From Minisyncoccota bacterium (GTDB lineage: Bacteria > Patescibacteriota > Minisyncoccia > Phycocordibacterales > UBA918): a stretch of DNA of 64,000 bases. Numbering within the stretch: the first letter of the stretch is position 1; every line of letters starts with the position of its first letter. The stretch is taken from contig JAIPIB010000001.1 of assembly GCA_021734905.1 (NCBI GenBank), positions 136,821 through 200,820 of the forward strand, written 5' to 3'. The notes beneath the pieces were generated by a model. It saw only the letters and a list, made by a program, of their open reading frames with translations. It did no database searches and was not told the DNA's origin. Positions 9,824-21,160 of this stretch are shown piece by piece. The translations under genes were made by a program, and so were the position numbers.

Positions 9824-10867
9824 ATGAGTACAAGGAAAATTCGCGTAGCGATAAATGGGTTTGGCCGCATCGGGAGAACATTTTTTCGTATGGCCTATGG
9901 GCATCCTGATATTGAAGTTGTCGCAATAAATGATCTTGGTGACATAAAAAATCTTGCGTATCTGCTTACGTACGATACTTCATACGGAAGAAGTCAGTTC
10001 ACTGTTGATTCGGGTGAGCAGGTACTTGTTGTGGACGGGAAAGAAATTACTTGTACAAGTGAACGAGATCCGCTCCGTCTTCCGTGGAAGGCTCAAAATA
10101 TTGATATCGTTGTTGAATCGACTGGAGTGTTTACTTCATACGAAAAAGCAAAAGTTCATCTTGAGGCTGGAGCAAAACGTGTCGTCATTTCTGCGCCAGT
10201 GAAGGATGATCCCGGAGTCGCTGGAGTTAAAGGGAGTACTATCCTCATGGGTGTAAATGACGATGCTCTTTCAACATGCGACATTAGCTCAAATGCTTCA
10301 TGTACAACAAATGCAACGAGTCCGCTCGTTGCAATCCTTGATGCTGAGATTGGTATAGAAAAAGCAATCCTTAACACGATTCATGCATACACCGCATCTC
10401 AATCACTCGTTGATGGACCAAGCAAAAAAGATGTACGCGAAGGAAGAGCAGCGGCACAAAATATTGTTCCATCATCAACAGGTGCGGCTATAGCAACAAC
10501 ACTTGTTCATACCGACCTTAAAGATAAGTTTGACGGAATTTCTATTCGTGTTCCAGTTCCTGTAGGCTCATTACTTGATATAACATTCATAGCAAAACGT
10601 AATACTACGGTAGAGGAAGTAAATGCTGCCCTTGAAAAAGCAGCAGAAGGTGACGCATGGAAAAATCTTTTTGCAGTTACTAAAGAACCGCTGGTATCTT
10701 CAGATATTATTGGTGCGCAATTTGCCTCAATAGCTGATCTTTCATTCACCAGAGTCGTTGGAGGAAATCTCGTGAAAGTACTAGCTTGGTATGATAATGA
10801 AACAAGCTATACGAGTACACTTGTTGAGCATGTTCGTGCTGCAGGAGCATTACTCACAAAACAATAA
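9824..10867 (+). CDS. gap: Glyceraldehyde-3-phosphate dehydrogenase, type I
   Basis: VAINGFGRIGR, SNASCTTN, WYDNE. Confidence 0.97.
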   Translation: MSTRKIRVAINGFGRIGRTFFRMAYGHPDIEVVAINDLGDIKNLAYLLTYDTSYGRSQFTVDSGEQVLVVDGKEITCTSERDPLRLPWKAQNIDIVVESTGVFTSYEKAKVHLEAGAKRVVISAPVKDDPGVAGVKGSTILMGVNDDALSTCDISSNASCTTNATSPLVAILDAEIGIEKAILNTIHAYTASQSLVDGPSKKDVREGRAAAQNIVPSSTGAAIATTLVHTDLKDKFDGISIRVPVPVGSLLDITFIAKRNTTVEEVNAALEKAAEGDAWKNLFAVTKEPLVSSDIIGAQFASIADLSFTRVVGGNLVKVLAWYDNETSYTSTLVEHVRAAGALLTKQ

Positions 10868-10875
10868 TTATTTGT

Positions 10876-11319
10876 ATGACCATTTATTTTGCTACCGATC
10901 ATGCAGGATTTGAATTAAAAGAAAAACTTATTACCTATGTACGTGATGAGCTCGGGTATGATGTTGTTGACTGTGGCGCGCAAGAGTTTGTTGACGGTGA
11001 TGACTATCCAGAATATATACGTCTAGCAGGGGAAGCTGTATCTAAGAGTCCGCATGATTCAAAAGCAATTATTTTTGGAGGATCTGGACAAGGAGAGGCA
11101 ATTGTTGCGAACAGATTTCCATACATACGGGCAATTGTTTATTACGGAGGAAATGATGAAATCATTCGGCTCTCCCGCGAACATAATGATTCTAACGTGC
11201 TGTCCTTAGGCGCTCGTTTCCTTACGGCTTCAGACGCAGAAAAAGCTGTCGCACTGTGGCTTTCAACACCGTTCCGCGAAGAGGAACGACACGTTCGAAG
11301 AATCGGACTTATTGATTAA
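10876..11319 (+). CDS. rpiB: Ribose-5-phosphate isomerase B
   Basis: DHAGFELK, GSGQG, SREHNDSNVLSLG. Confidence 0.93.
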   Translation: MTIYFATDHAGFELKEKLITYVRDELGYDVVDCGAQEFVDGDDYPEYIRLAGEAVSKSPHDSKAIIFGGSGQGEAIVANRFPYIRAIVYYGGNDEIIRLSREHNDSNVLSLGARFLTASDAEKAVALWLSTPFREEERHVRRIGLID

Positions 11320-11331
11320 AATAGAAGTATT

Positions 11332-11979
11332 ATGGCGCAAATTATTCCTGCAATTATCCCGAAGTCACAAGAAAATTTAATACAAATACTTTCTCTCGTT
11401 TCATCATTCACGCATAGTGTCCAGGTAGATATCGTTGATGGTGAATTTGTGCCTTTTGTATCATGGCCATATACAGAAAATGCGTCTCTTTCAGAATTGG
11501 CTTTAGTCATTAAAGATTTTGATGTTGAGATCGACTTCATGATTCTTGGTCCCGAGCTTGTTGTTGAGGAATATCTCAAGGCCGGTGTTACAAGTATTGT
11601 TGTACATCTCGAGAGTACTAAAAATCTCGATAAAATTCTTGCACTCAAAGAAAAATATTCCTTCAAACTTGGACTTTCAATTGGTAACGACACAAATCTT
11701 TCGATTCTTACCGAGGCTATTGAGGTCGCTGATTATGTACAGTTAATGGGAATCCAACATATTGGATCACAAGGGCAACCGTTTGATATCCGTGTGCTCG
11801 ATCGTATTAGGGAATTGAAGTCAAGGTATCCAACACTTCCGATTAGTATTGATGGTAGTGTTAATATGGAGACGGCCTCACTTCTCGTTCAGGCAGGTGC
11901 AGATCGTCTCGTCTCTGGATCTGCTGTCCTTAAGGCTGAAGATCCTCAGATAGCTTATAAATTACTTAAATCACTGTAG
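11332..11979 (+). CDS. rpe: Ribulose-phosphate 3-epimerase
   Basis: QVDIVDGEFVP, GSQGQPF, IDGSVN, GADRLVSGS; located in the pentose-phosphate cluster. Confidence 0.88.
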   Translation: MAQIIPAIIPKSQENLIQILSLVSSFTHSVQVDIVDGEFVPFVSWPYTENASLSELALVIKDFDVEIDFMILGPELVVEEYLKAGVTSIVVHLESTKNLDKILALKEKYSFKLGLSIGNDTNLSILTEAIEVADYVQLMGIQHIGSQGQPFDIRVLDRIRELKSRYPTLPISIDGSVNMETASLLVQAGADRLVSGSAVLKAEDPQIAYKLLKSL

Positions 11980-12051
11980 CTTGTTGTGTGTGTCTTCTAT
12001 TAACATGCAAACGATATGATGGAGTAACAGAAAGCGGTATACTATTTTAAT

Positions 12052-12948
12052 ATGCATTATCTTACAGATGAAGATGTTCGTTCATTAGAACTCAAGGCGA
12101 ATGAAATACGTCAAAGCGTGATTGAAATGCTTGTTGAGGCTGGAAGCGGACACACAGCTGGGCCACTGGGAATGGCAGACATCTTTACACTCTTGTATTT
12201 TGAGATTTTGAGGCACAATCCCAAAGATCCTTTTTGGGAAGATCGAGACAGACTCATACTTTCGAATGGACATATTTGCCCAATACTTTATGCCGTAATG
12301 GCCCATTCAGGATATTTTCCCGTTTCTGAACTTTTAACACTTCGTAAATTTGGATCAAGGCTTCAGGGGCATCCCCATAAAGAAACGTTGCCTGGAATTG
12401 AAACAAGTTCGGGACCTTTAGGTTCCGGAGTTTCTCAGGCTGTAGGCATGGCACTTGCTGAGCGTATTAATAATCCGTATTCATCAAAATATTTTTACTG
12501 CCTTACTGGCGATGGGGAACTTGATTGTGGACAAATTTGGGAAGCAATGATGCTCGGAGGAAAGGAGAAGCTTCATAATCTTATTGTTATTGTTGATCGA
12601 AATGGTATTCAAATTGATGGATATACAAAAGATGTCATGCCACTCGAGCCACTTCGAGAAAAATTTGAGTCATTTAATTGGGACGTTCAGGAAGTCGACG
12701 GTCATAATATTCGATCAATTAACGATGCGATTGGAAAGGCACAAGCCGTATACAGTCAACCGTCAATTATTATTGCACATACAATTCCTTCAAAAGGAAT
12801 TGATGTTTTTGAACGAGATTTTAGATGGCATGGTAATCCTCCGGGCCTTGGTCCAGAAGACTTTGTGAAGAAGTCAGAACAAGCGGCGGTCGCACTTAAG
12901 AAATTACGTACTCTCAATGGATATATCAACACACATGAATATGAGTAA
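12052..12948 (+). CDS. Transketolase, N-terminal subunit
   Basis: SGH, DRLILSNGH, LQGHP, GDGE TPP-binding motif. Confidence 0.93.
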   Translation: MHYLTDEDVRSLELKANEIRQSVIEMLVEAGSGHTAGPLGMADIFTLLYFEILRHNPKDPFWEDRDRLILSNGHICPILYAVMAHSGYFPVSELLTLRKFGSRLQGHPHKETLPGIETSSGPLGSGVSQAVGMALAERINNPYSSKYFYCLTGDGELDCGQIWEAMMLGGKEKLHNLIVIVDRNGIQIDGYTKDVMPLEPLREKFESFNWDVQEVDGHNIRSINDAIGKAQAVYSQPSIIIAHTIPSKGIDVFERDFRWHGNPPGLGPEDFVKKSEQAAVALKKLRTLNGYINTHEYE

Positions 12949-13939
12949 TACCCTATTAGCACAGCACGTGAACCCAAATCTGTTTAACAGTGATGTTGAG
13001 ACTGCGCCAAACAGAAATGGATACGGCAATGGTTTAAAAGAGGCAGGAGAACTTGATGAAAGAGTGGTCGCTCTTTCTGCTGATCTTGTTGGATCAACAA
13101 AAACAAATATTTTTGCCGAAGCGTTTCCTCAGAGATTTATTCAGGTTGGTATAGGCGAACAGTCTCTCGCATCTGTTGCATCGGGTATGGCCGCTATGGG
13201 GAAGATTCCTTTCATTGCATCATATGCAATGTTTTCTCCGGGAAGAAGTTGGGAGCAGGTCCGTACTACAATTGCGTATAATGGATCGAATGTAAAAATC
13301 ATTGGTGCTCACTCGGGCATATCTGTTGGTCCGGATGGGGCTACTCATCAGGCTATTGAGGATATTGCAATTATGCGCGTCATTCCACGTATGGTTGTTA
13401 TTGCACCTTGCGACGTGCATGAGGCAGAACGCGCTACACTAGCAATCGCGAAGTATGTCGGTCCGGTTTACATGCGGCTTGCTCGTGAAAATACGCCTGT
13501 AATTACAACTATCGGTTCTCCATTTGAAATAGGAAAAGCAGATATTTATCTTACTCGAGATAAGGCTCACAAAAAAACCGTAGGTATTATTAGTACAGGA
13601 ACAGTCACATATCAGGCTCTTGTTGCTGGACGGACTCTTAACGAGAAGGGAATTGGTGCCTCAGTAATGCATATGGCAACAATTAAACCACTTGATAAAG
13701 CTGCTGTCCTTGCTTTTGCTCAAGAACATGATGTCATAGTTACTGTCGAAGAACATCAGCGAATGGGAGGGCTCGGATCCTCTGTCTCTGAATATTTAAG
13801 CGAGGTGTTTCCAAAGAAAATACTTCGAATGGGAGTCGATGATGTCTTTGGACAGTCAGGAACACCGGAAGAACTTCTAGCTCATTATAAAATTGACAAC
13901 GCTTCAATTGTAGAGGGTGCTCAAAAATTTCTTCAGTAA
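12941..13939 (+). CDS. Transketolase, C-terminal subunit
   Basis: VGIGEQ, GPDGATHQAIED, TVEEH; start 12941 chosen because it overlaps the upstream stop. Confidence 0.92.
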   Translation: MSNTLLAQHVNPNLFNSDVETAPNRNGYGNGLKEAGELDERVVALSADLVGSTKTNIFAEAFPQRFIQVGIGEQSLASVASGMAAMGKIPFIASYAMFSPGRSWEQVRTTIAYNGSNVKIIGAHSGISVGPDGATHQAIEDIAIMRVIPRMVVIAPCDVHEAERATLAIAKYVGPVYMRLARENTPVITTIGSPFEIGKADIYLTRDKAHKKTVGIISTGTVTYQALVAGRTLNEKGIGASVMHMATIKPLDKAAVLAFAQEHDVIVTVEEHQRMGGLGSSVSEYLSEVFPKKILRMGVDDVFGQSGTPEELLAHYKIDNASIVEGAQKFLQ

Positions 13940-13945
13940 TTTCTT

Positions 13946-13996
13946 CTGAATACAAAAAAACTATCAGATTATATCCGATAGTTTTTTTGTATTCAG
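13946..13996. terminator. Bidirectional intrinsic terminator between convergent genes
   Basis: CTGAATACAAAAAAACTATC...GATAGTTTTTTTGTATTCAG inverted repeat with A/T tracts. Confidence 0.8.
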
Positions 13997-14012
13997 TAAC
14001 TAAAGTAACTTT

Positions 14013-15014
14013 CTATACCGCTTTAGGAACATAATTTTCCGGAGCATCCTTAAGATACTCTTCAATTTTTTCTCGTGTTAGGAGCCCTGCTTGAGCGCCA
14101 ATTTGTTGAACGACAGACATTGAATTTATTGGACCCCACGCAAGCGCAGTTTTTACATCATGGCCGAGTATTATGGCGCTGGTAAATGTTGAAGAGAAAG
14201 CGTCACCGGCTCCAGTCCTTGAAATTGGCTCTTTCGGATCTGGATACATTGGCATAAACCATACCGTATCCCCATCAAGAGCAAAGGCGCCATTAGGTCC
14301 ATCGGTAATGACAGGAATTTTTGGTCCAAGCAAACGGATACTTCTTAGGAGTTTCGGAATGTCTTGTTCTTCGGTATTTAAGATTTCTTGAGCTTCCTCC
14401 TTGTTACAGAAAAAGATTTCCGTAACAGCGTATAGGTCTTTAAGTTCCTCATACCCAAGTCGAATTTGGAATGTTCCTGGCTGGAATGAAAGTTTTGTTT
14501 CAGGATGCTCAGAGAGGAATTTTGCAATTTCATGATGAAATGCAACCCCGTTTTCTCCAATAGATGAGAAGTATAAGAAACGAGGAGGAAGTCTAAAATC
14601 AGGTAAAGAATATGGATATTCTTCATGTTTGATGAGGATGGTTCTCTCCGCCCCGTATCGTAGTACGTAGTGATAATTTGTATTTTTACCCTCATGAATC
14701 TTAACAAAATCGGTATCAATACCATTTGACCTTAGTGTGTCGAGGCAGTCTTTTCCGTTACGATCATTTCCAAGATTCGCAACGAGAGCAGAACGAAGAC
14801 CAAGTCTGTGTGCTGACACTGCTGCGTTTGGTGAATTTCCCACAGCGTTTACGATGGTAACTTCATCATAGGGAAGCTTGCCGCCAAAGTCCATTTCAAG
14901 TTTTTTTCGACCAGTCTTTTCATTAGTGGTAACACGAGCGTCTTTGTCAGAAAGTTTTATAAAAGCGTCGATGGTGATATCTCCTATTGCTATGAAATCA
15001 TATTGTTGTGACAT
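14013..15014 (-). CDS. PfkB-family carbohydrate kinase
   Basis: GNSPNAA, ITDGPNGA, TGAGDAF; likely start MSQQYDF. Confidence 0.9.
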   Translation of the reverse strand: MSQQYDFIAIGDITIDAFIKLSDKDARVTTNEKTGRKKLEMDFGGKLPYDEVTIVNAVGNSPNAAVSAHRLGLRSALVANLGNDRNGKDCLDTLRSNGIDTDFVKIHEGKNTNYHYVLRYGAERTILIKHEEYPYSLPDFRLPPRFLYFSSIGENGVAFHHEIAKFLSEHPETKLSFQPGTFQIRLGYEELKDLYAVTEIFFCNKEEAQEILNTEEQDIPKLLRSIRLLGPKIPVITDGPNGAFALDGDTVWFMPMYPDPKEPISRTGAGDAFSSTFTSAIILGHDVKTALAWGPINSMSVVQQIGAQAGLLTREKIEEYLKDAPENYVPKAV

Positions 15015-15100
15015 ATGTAGGATATTGTACCACCTCATCGTATGGTCATGATACAATAGTGTGATTATTTAGTAGTATTTTTCTAATCAATTCTTAGATT

Positions 15101-16072
15101 ATGGCACTTGTATACATAACACGACACATTCCAGACATTGGTATTAATCTCTTACGAGCAGCAGGTCACACCGTAGACATAAGTGAGAAGGAGGGGGTAC
15201 TTACTGAAAAGGAGCTCCTCTCTGCATTAGCAGCGAAGCCTTACGATGCAGTTGTTTCACTTCTTACTGATTCTATTAATAAAGATGTATTTGCCGCTGT
15301 ACCGACAGCAAAGATTTTTGCAAATTATGCAGTTGGGTATAACAACATCTCACTTCCTGATGCTACTGAAGCGGGTGTAACCATAACCAATACACCAGGC
15401 GTTCTTACTGACACCGTTGCAGAATTTGCAATGGCACTCATACTTTCTGTGGCTAAGAGAATTCCAGAGGCGGACAGGTTTACTCGTGCAGGGAAGTACG
15501 ATGGATGGGCTCCAGAACTTTTCCTAGGCAGTGACCTTAAAGGAAAAACCCTTGGTATTTTGGGAGCTGGCAGAATCGGTTATGAAGTTGCAATGCGTGC
15601 ACATCATGGTTTTGGAATGCATGTCATTTATAATGATATTAAACGCGGTGAAGAATTAGAAAAACAGACAAAAGCGACATTTAAAGAAACAACTGAGGAT
15701 GTCCTGCGAGAGGCTGACGTTGTCTCAATCCATGTCCCACTTCTACCAAGTACGAAGCACCTTATAAATGCTGAAAGATTATCTCTCATGAAAAAAAATG
15801 CATATCTTATCAACACCTCACGAGGCCCTGTCATTGATGAGGTCGCACTCGTCGATGCTCTTAAAAATGGTGTGATTCGTGGAGCTGGACTTGATGTTTT
15901 TGAAAATGAACCAGCACTTGCAAAAGGATTGGCATCTCTCGAAAATGTTGTAATTACAGCACATATTGCCTCAGCATCTGAGGAAACGCGAAATAAAATG
16001 TCAGAGATTGCAGCGCAAAATGTTATTGATTTTTTGAACGGCGAGACACCAGAAAACGCTGTAAAGCAATAA
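15101..16072 (+). CDS. D-2-hydroxyacid (D-glycerate/glyoxylate) dehydrogenase
   Basis: GILGAGRIG, INTSRG, GLDVFENEP, HIAS. Confidence 0.92.
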   Translation: MALVYITRHIPDIGINLLRAAGHTVDISEKEGVLTEKELLSALAAKPYDAVVSLLTDSINKDVFAAVPTAKIFANYAVGYNNISLPDATEAGVTITNTPGVLTDTVAEFAMALILSVAKRIPEADRFTRAGKYDGWAPELFLGSDLKGKTLGILGAGRIGYEVAMRAHHGFGMHVIYNDIKRGEELEKQTKATFKETTEDVLREADVVSIHVPLLPSTKHLINAERLSLMKKNAYLINTSRGPVIDEVALVDALKNGVIRGAGLDVFENEPALAKGLASLENVVITAHIASASEETRNKMSEIAAQNVIDFLNGETPENAVKQ

Positions 16073-16141
16073 AGCAAATGAGTTGCGAGTTGAAGATTTC
16101 CTATCGTATGGTATGGTAGTCGTCATTAAACTATATTACGT

Positions 16142-16783
16142 ATGACATTTTCATTAAACGTTGAGACAAGAACGGAACGCGGTAAACAACTTGGAAAGCT
16201 GCGTAATGCGGGGAGACTTCCTGCAGTTATGTACGGTCCGAAAGAAGATACTGTGTTACTGACAGTAGACAAGATTGCATTTGAGAAACTTGTAAAAAAG
16301 ACAGGTGAGTCAAGTGTCATTACCTTAGAAGGACTCTCTTCTCCAAAAGAAGTACTTGTTCGAGGTGTTGCATTCGACCCATTACGTGGAGGGGTTATTC
16401 ATGTTGACTTTTATGCTATTGAAGCAGGTCAGGAAATTACCGTTGATATCCCACTCGAATTCGTCGGGGAAGTTCCAGCAGTTAAACTTGGAGGAACTCT
16501 CACGAAAGTACTTCATGAGGTTGAGGTTACTTGCATGCCAATTAATCTCCCACAACGTATCACAGTTGATGTTACAGTACTCACTGATTTTGAAAAACAA
16601 ATTCATGTCAAAGATCTCCTTGTGCCAGCAAATGTAAAGATTGAAAATGATCCAGAAGAGGTTGTTGCGCTTGTGCAGGCGGTTGAGGAGGAGAGTGAAG
16701 AGCCTACTGTTGTTGATATGGATGCCATTGAGGTGGAAAAGAAGGGTAAGACAGAGGAAGCATCTACAGGCGAATCAAAGTAG
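16142..16783 (+). CDS. rplY: 50S ribosomal protein L25 (Ctc-type)
   Basis: LPAVMYG, IHVDFY, GGTL; long form. Confidence 0.93.
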   Translation: MTFSLNVETRTERGKQLGKLRNAGRLPAVMYGPKEDTVLLTVDKIAFEKLVKKTGESSVITLEGLSSPKEVLVRGVAFDPLRGGVIHVDFYAIEAGQEITVDIPLEFVGEVPAVKLGGTLTKVLHEVEVTCMPINLPQRITVDVTVLTDFEKQIHVKDLLVPANVKIENDPEEVVALVQAVEEESEEPTVVDMDAIEVEKKGKTEEASTGESK

Positions 16784-16867
16784 TTAGTATCGTACACAAA
16801 AAAAACAGCTTCAGGCTGTTTTTTTGTGTACGTGTACTGATAGATTCAGTATGGTACGATTGTATAC

Positions 16868-18235
16868 ATGCGGATACCGTTTGTTGTTTTATGCTTAATG
16901 GTCTTGGGAGTTTTTTCTGTACCCCATAGTGCAAACGCGCAAGCCTCTATTCCATCGATCTGTAATGACGATGTTGCTGGAAAAACAGAAGATCAACTGA
17001 AAGCTGATCTTGCTCTCTGCAATGCTGAAATTGCAAAATGGCAAGGTGTTTTAAGTGGTACGAGGGATAGGGTCTCATCGATTGATGGTGATGTTAAAGC
17101 ACTTACTGCTAAAATAAAATCTGCAGAGGCAACTATAAAATCAAAAAATATTGCAATCTCACAGTTATCAAAAGATATCAGCCAAAGAAGTCAAAAGATC
17201 TCAGAACTTGAGGTACTTATTGATGAGGGAAAGAAGTCACTCGCTCAACTAATTCGACGCACGAACGAAATAGATAGTTACACACTTGCAGAGGTTGTTC
17301 TCGATAGTAAAAATCTATCAGATTTTTTTGTTGACCTTGATTCTTTTTTCTCTATTCAGCGAGGACTTGAAGCTCATTTTGCAAAAATTCGAAAAATGAT
17401 TTTAGAAACGGATGATGAGCGTCGTCGATTAAGCGATGTCCAGAATCAGGAGTTGGATGCTAAATATGTTATAGAAACAAATAAAAAAACTATTACCAAG
17501 ACTGAACAACAGAAAAAGGAGCTTCTCACAGCTACAAAATTAGAGGCGAAATCATACGAGCAAATAGTTGCTGACAGACAGGCAAAAGCTAGTCAGATCA
17601 ATGCAGCACTTTTCCGTTTGAGAGGTGTTGATGGTGGAGGAATCCCATTTAAGGAAGCTTTGCTGTATGCACGAATTGCCTCTTCATATACTGGTGTGAG
17701 GGCGGCATTTATTCTCGGAATCCTGCGGCAAGAATCAAACCTTGGTGTAAATGTCGGACAATGTCTTCTTGTTGATCCAAACACAGGTGCAGGGAAAGGA
17801 AAAAATACCGGAACGCCGTTTGCAAATGTTATGAAGCCTGAACGCGATGTTCCGTATTTTCTCGAGATGATGAAGCGGTTAGGTAGAGATCCGTATGGAA
17901 CCCCGGTGTCGTGTCCGCAGTCGATTGGATATGGAGGAGCTATGGGCCCAACACAGTTCATTCCATCAACATGGAAAGGGTATGATGCGAGAATTGCGAG
18001 TGCGTTTAAGGTGTCCGTGGGTGACCCATGGAATCCAGAGCACGCAATCATGGCAACCGCGATGTTCCTTCAAGATCTTGGTGCTGGACGAGGTGGGTAT
18101 ACTGCGGAGAGAGAATCGGCCGGGCGGTACTATGCAGGAGGAAATTGGGCAACATATGGACTTGGGTATGCGGCAAGCGTTCTTGCTCATGCAGAGACGT
18201 ATCAGGCCGATATTAATTTCCTTGATAATAAGTAG
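16868..18235 (+). CDS. Secreted coiled-coil lytic murein transglycosylase (SLT_2-like)
   Basis: Signal peptide, coiled coil, ILRQESNLG, GGAMGPTQFIPSTW. Confidence 0.85.
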   Translation: MRIPFVVLCLMVLGVFSVPHSANAQASIPSICNDDVAGKTEDQLKADLALCNAEIAKWQGVLSGTRDRVSSIDGDVKALTAKIKSAEATIKSKNIAISQLSKDISQRSQKISELEVLIDEGKKSLAQLIRRTNEIDSYTLAEVVLDSKNLSDFFVDLDSFFSIQRGLEAHFAKIRKMILETDDERRRLSDVQNQELDAKYVIETNKKTITKTEQQKKELLTATKLEAKSYEQIVADRQAKASQINAALFRLRGVDGGGIPFKEALLYARIASSYTGVRAAFILGILRQESNLGVNVGQCLLVDPNTGAGKGKNTGTPFANVMKPERDVPYFLEMMKRLGRDPYGTPVSCPQSIGYGGAMGPTQFIPSTWKGYDARIASAFKVSVGDPWNPEHAIMATAMFLQDLGAGRGGYTAERESAGRYYAGGNWATYGLGYAASVLAHAETYQADINFLDNK

Positions 18236-18285
18236 GCATGCCGTTGTGTTGCGAAATATAGCAATTCTGGTATAGTGTTCCCTGC

Positions 18286-18555
18286 ATGAAAAAAGATATA
18301 CACCCAAACAATTATCGCACTGTCATCTTCCACGATAACTCAAGTGGAGAACGTTTTCTTGTTGGCTCGACAATCCAGGCAGAGAAGACTGAAAAATGGA
18401 CAGATGGAAAAGAATACCCAATAACATTTGTTGATGTGTCGAGTGCGTCACATCCATTTTATACTGGACAGGAGAAGGTAATGGATATTGCAGGACGTGT
18501 TGAACGATTTAAGGCTCGAGCATCAAAAGCAACATCTCGGACAAAGAAGGCATAA
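18286..18555 (+). CDS. rpmE2: 50S ribosomal protein L31, type B (zinc-free)
   Basis: [25 protein letters not shown]; no Cys residues. Confidence 0.93.
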   Translation: MKKDIHPNNYRTVIFHDNSSGERFLVGSTIQAEKTEKWTDGKEYPITFVDVSSASHPFYTGQEKVMDIAGRVERFKARASKATSRTKKA

Positions 18556-18632
18556 GTACACTATGTGGAAAACCGGGGAATTTATTCCCCGGTTTTCTCT
18601 TTAGGGAGATATGGTACTCTATAATTTATAGT

Positions 18633-19616
18633 ATGGAATTTACAGAAGAACAGTTGGCGTTATTTAGAGAAAATCAAAAGACACAGTTTCTCTGTGGTCA
18701 GTTTGATGAGCTTATAAAAAAAAGAACAGAGGCGCAGGCACTATTTGAGGCAGACGAATCGATGCGTGAACTAGCCGAAGAGGAAATGAATGATCTTGAT
18801 GGGCAACTAGATCATTTGTATACAGAAATGAGTCGAATTATTGAATCTACTAAAGAGGAGGAAGCAAAACCATACGGGGTCCTTCTCGAGGTAAGGGCAG
18901 GTGTCGGCGGAGAAGAAGCAGCACTTTTTGCAGAACAACTTTCGCATATGTATCTCCAGTATGCAGTGATTCGTGGGTGGAGTACGAGTAATATTTCTGA
19001 ATCACGCGCAACGCAAGGAGGATACAAAGAAGCGACGTTCGAAATTGTTGGACCTGATGTATATGACGAACTCCGGTATGAAACAGGGGTGCATCGTGTA
19101 CAACGTATTCCAGTAACTGAGAAGTCTGGGCGTATACACACCTCGACTGCTTCAGTAGTTATTCTCCCAATACGAAAAAAATCAACAATTGAGGTTAATC
19201 CAAGTGATATTGAAATTGAATTTTCACGTTCGGGTGGTGCAGGTGGACAAAATGTAAACAAAGTTGAAACAGCAGTACGACTTATTCATAAGCCTACCGG
19301 TGTTGATGTGCGATGTCAGTCTGAACGTAGTCAGCTCAAAAATCGTGAAAAAGCAATGGTGCTTCTTATAGCGAAACTTGAAATGCTCCATGATGAAGCG
19401 GAGACAAAAAAACATGCTGCAACACGAAAATCACAAATTGGAACAGGTGACCGTTCAGAAAAAATCCGTACCTACAATGTGCCCCAAAATCGTATTACCG
19501 ACCACCGTATAAAAGAATCATGGCATGCAGTGTTTCAGATACTTGGAGGTGACATGAGTGCAGTAGTTGCCTCGCTCAAACAAGCATCACAGGAACTAGA
19601 TGTTGTTGTCGAGTAA
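18633..19616 (+). CDS. prfA: Peptide chain release factor 1 with shortened N-terminus
   Basis: PVT tripeptide (RIPVTEK) and GGQ motif. Confidence 0.93.
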   Translation: MEFTEEQLALFRENQKTQFLCGQFDELIKKRTEAQALFEADESMRELAEEEMNDLDGQLDHLYTEMSRIIESTKEEEAKPYGVLLEVRAGVGGEEAALFAEQLSHMYLQYAVIRGWSTSNISESRATQGGYKEATFEIVGPDVYDELRYETGVHRVQRIPVTEKSGRIHTSTASVVILPIRKKSTIEVNPSDIEIEFSRSGGAGGQNVNKVETAVRLIHKPTGVDVRCQSERSQLKNREKAMVLLIAKLEMLHDEAETKKHAATRKSQIGTGDRSEKIRTYNVPQNRITDHRIKESWHAVFQILGGDMSAVVASLKQASQELDVVVE

Positions 19617-19772
19617 CTAGGAGATGGTTTGGCTGTAAGTCATTTGCCCGCTTTCCGGAACCTTCCCGGAAGCGGGCAATATTTTTATAACAGCGAGTAA
19701 TTGTGCCGTTGCAGAAAGGTATTCTGTGTGGTAGCATTCCATGTGCTCAGTAATTGAGCGCATTTTTTAATT

Positions 19773-20519
19773 ATGAATATAAATCACACATCGGAGAAAA
19801 CACTTATCGAGCGTCTTTTTGACGTTGGTGCGCATTTTGGATTTACTAAATCACGGCGGCATCCAACCGCTGCTCCGTACATCTTTGGAAACAAACAAGG
19901 AACAGATATTATTGATCTTGAAAAGACAGTGGCGTCACTTGAGGTGGCAAAAAATGTATTAAAGGAAGCAGGTAAGGCGGGGAAGACGGTTCTCTTTGTA
20001 GGAACAAAAGAGGAAATTGTTCTCACGGTAAAAGCACATGCGGAGTCAATCGAGATGCCGTATGTAGTAAATAGATGGGTAGGAGGAATGCTTACTAATT
20101 TTTCCGAAATTAAGAAGCGAATTCAACGACTCAGCGATCTAACGGCGCAAGGAGAGTCAGGAGAGCTTGAGCGAAAATATACAAAAAAGGAACGTGTTGT
20201 TATTGGAAGAGAATTCAATAAGCTTACAGTTAATTTTGGCGGAATTCAGAAAATGGACCGAGCTCCATATTTAATGGTTATTGTAGATCCTCGGCATGAT
20301 TCAATTGCTGTATCTGAAGCACGAGAACTAAATATCCCTGTGGTAGGTATCACTAGTTCAGATGCAAATCTTAGACTTATTAAATTTCCTGTTGTAGTTA
20401 ACGACGGACTTCAAGCTAGCGTTGCACTTATTCTTTCTGAACTTACTGAGGCATACACAGAAGGAAAAACGGAATTCGTTCCTGCCAAGAAAGAAGAGAT
20501 ACGAAAAAGCGTACGGTAG
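19773..20519 (+). CDS. rpsB: 30S ribosomal protein S2
   Basis: GAHFG, IIDL, RWVGGMLTN. Confidence 0.96.
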   Translation: MNINHTSEKTLIERLFDVGAHFGFTKSRRHPTAAPYIFGNKQGTDIIDLEKTVASLEVAKNVLKEAGKAGKTVLFVGTKEEIVLTVKAHAESIEMPYVVNRWVGGMLTNFSEIKKRIQRLSDLTAQGESGELERKYTKKERVVIGREFNKLTVNFGGIQKMDRAPYLMVIVDPRHDSIAVSEARELNIPVVGITSSDANLRLIKFPVVVNDGLQASVALILSELTEAYTEGKTEFVPAKKEEIRKSVR

Positions 20520-20570
20520 GTAACTGACAAAGAACAAACTTTATACATAGTGATATAAGCTCTTTTAATT

Positions 20571-21155
20571 ATGGAAATTACATCAGCACAACTTAAGGAA
20601 CTACGAGACCTTACGGGCATTTCTGTCATGCAGTGTAAGAAAGCTCTTGAGGAAGCAGCGGGTGACATGGACAAAGCAAAAATTATCTTACAAAAGAAAG
20701 GAGGAGAAATTGCCTTAAAGAAGTCCGACCGGGAACTTGGTGCGGGAGTCATAGGAAGTTATGTACACTCAACGCATGAAGTTGCTGCTTTTGTCTTGCT
20801 TGCTTGTGAGACTGACTTCGTTGCTAAGAATGAGGAATTCATCGCACTTGCTCGTGAAATTGCAATGCATGTCGCTGCGCAGAATCCGTTGTATGTAAAT
20901 CGTGCTGAAGTTGATGAGGTCGCACTCGCTAAAGCACGCGAGGTCTTTATGGAAGAGGTGAAAGACAAGCCAGTAGATATGCAGGAGAAAATTTTAGCTG
21001 GTAAACTTGATGCTTATTTCAAAGATCGCATTCTCCTCGAGCAGCCATTTATCAAAGATCAAGAAAAGGCTGTTGGTGATTTACTGAATGCGGCAATGCA
21101 AAAATTTGGAGAAAATGTTGTAATTAGGTCAATTACACGGATGTCTGTAAAATAA
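20571..21155 (+). CDS. tsf: Elongation factor Ts (short form)
   Basis: KELRDLTG..MQCKKAL, CETDFVA; follows rpsB. Confidence 0.96.
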   Translation: MEITSAQLKELRDLTGISVMQCKKALEEAAGDMDKAKIILQKKGGEIALKKSDRELGAGVIGSYVHSTHEVAAFVLLACETDFVAKNEEFIALAREIAMHVAAQNPLYVNRAEVDEVALAKAREVFMEEVKDKPVDMQEKILAGKLDAYFKDRILLEQPFIKDQEKAVGDLLNAAMQKFGENVVIRSITRMSVK

Positions 21156-21160
21156 AGTAC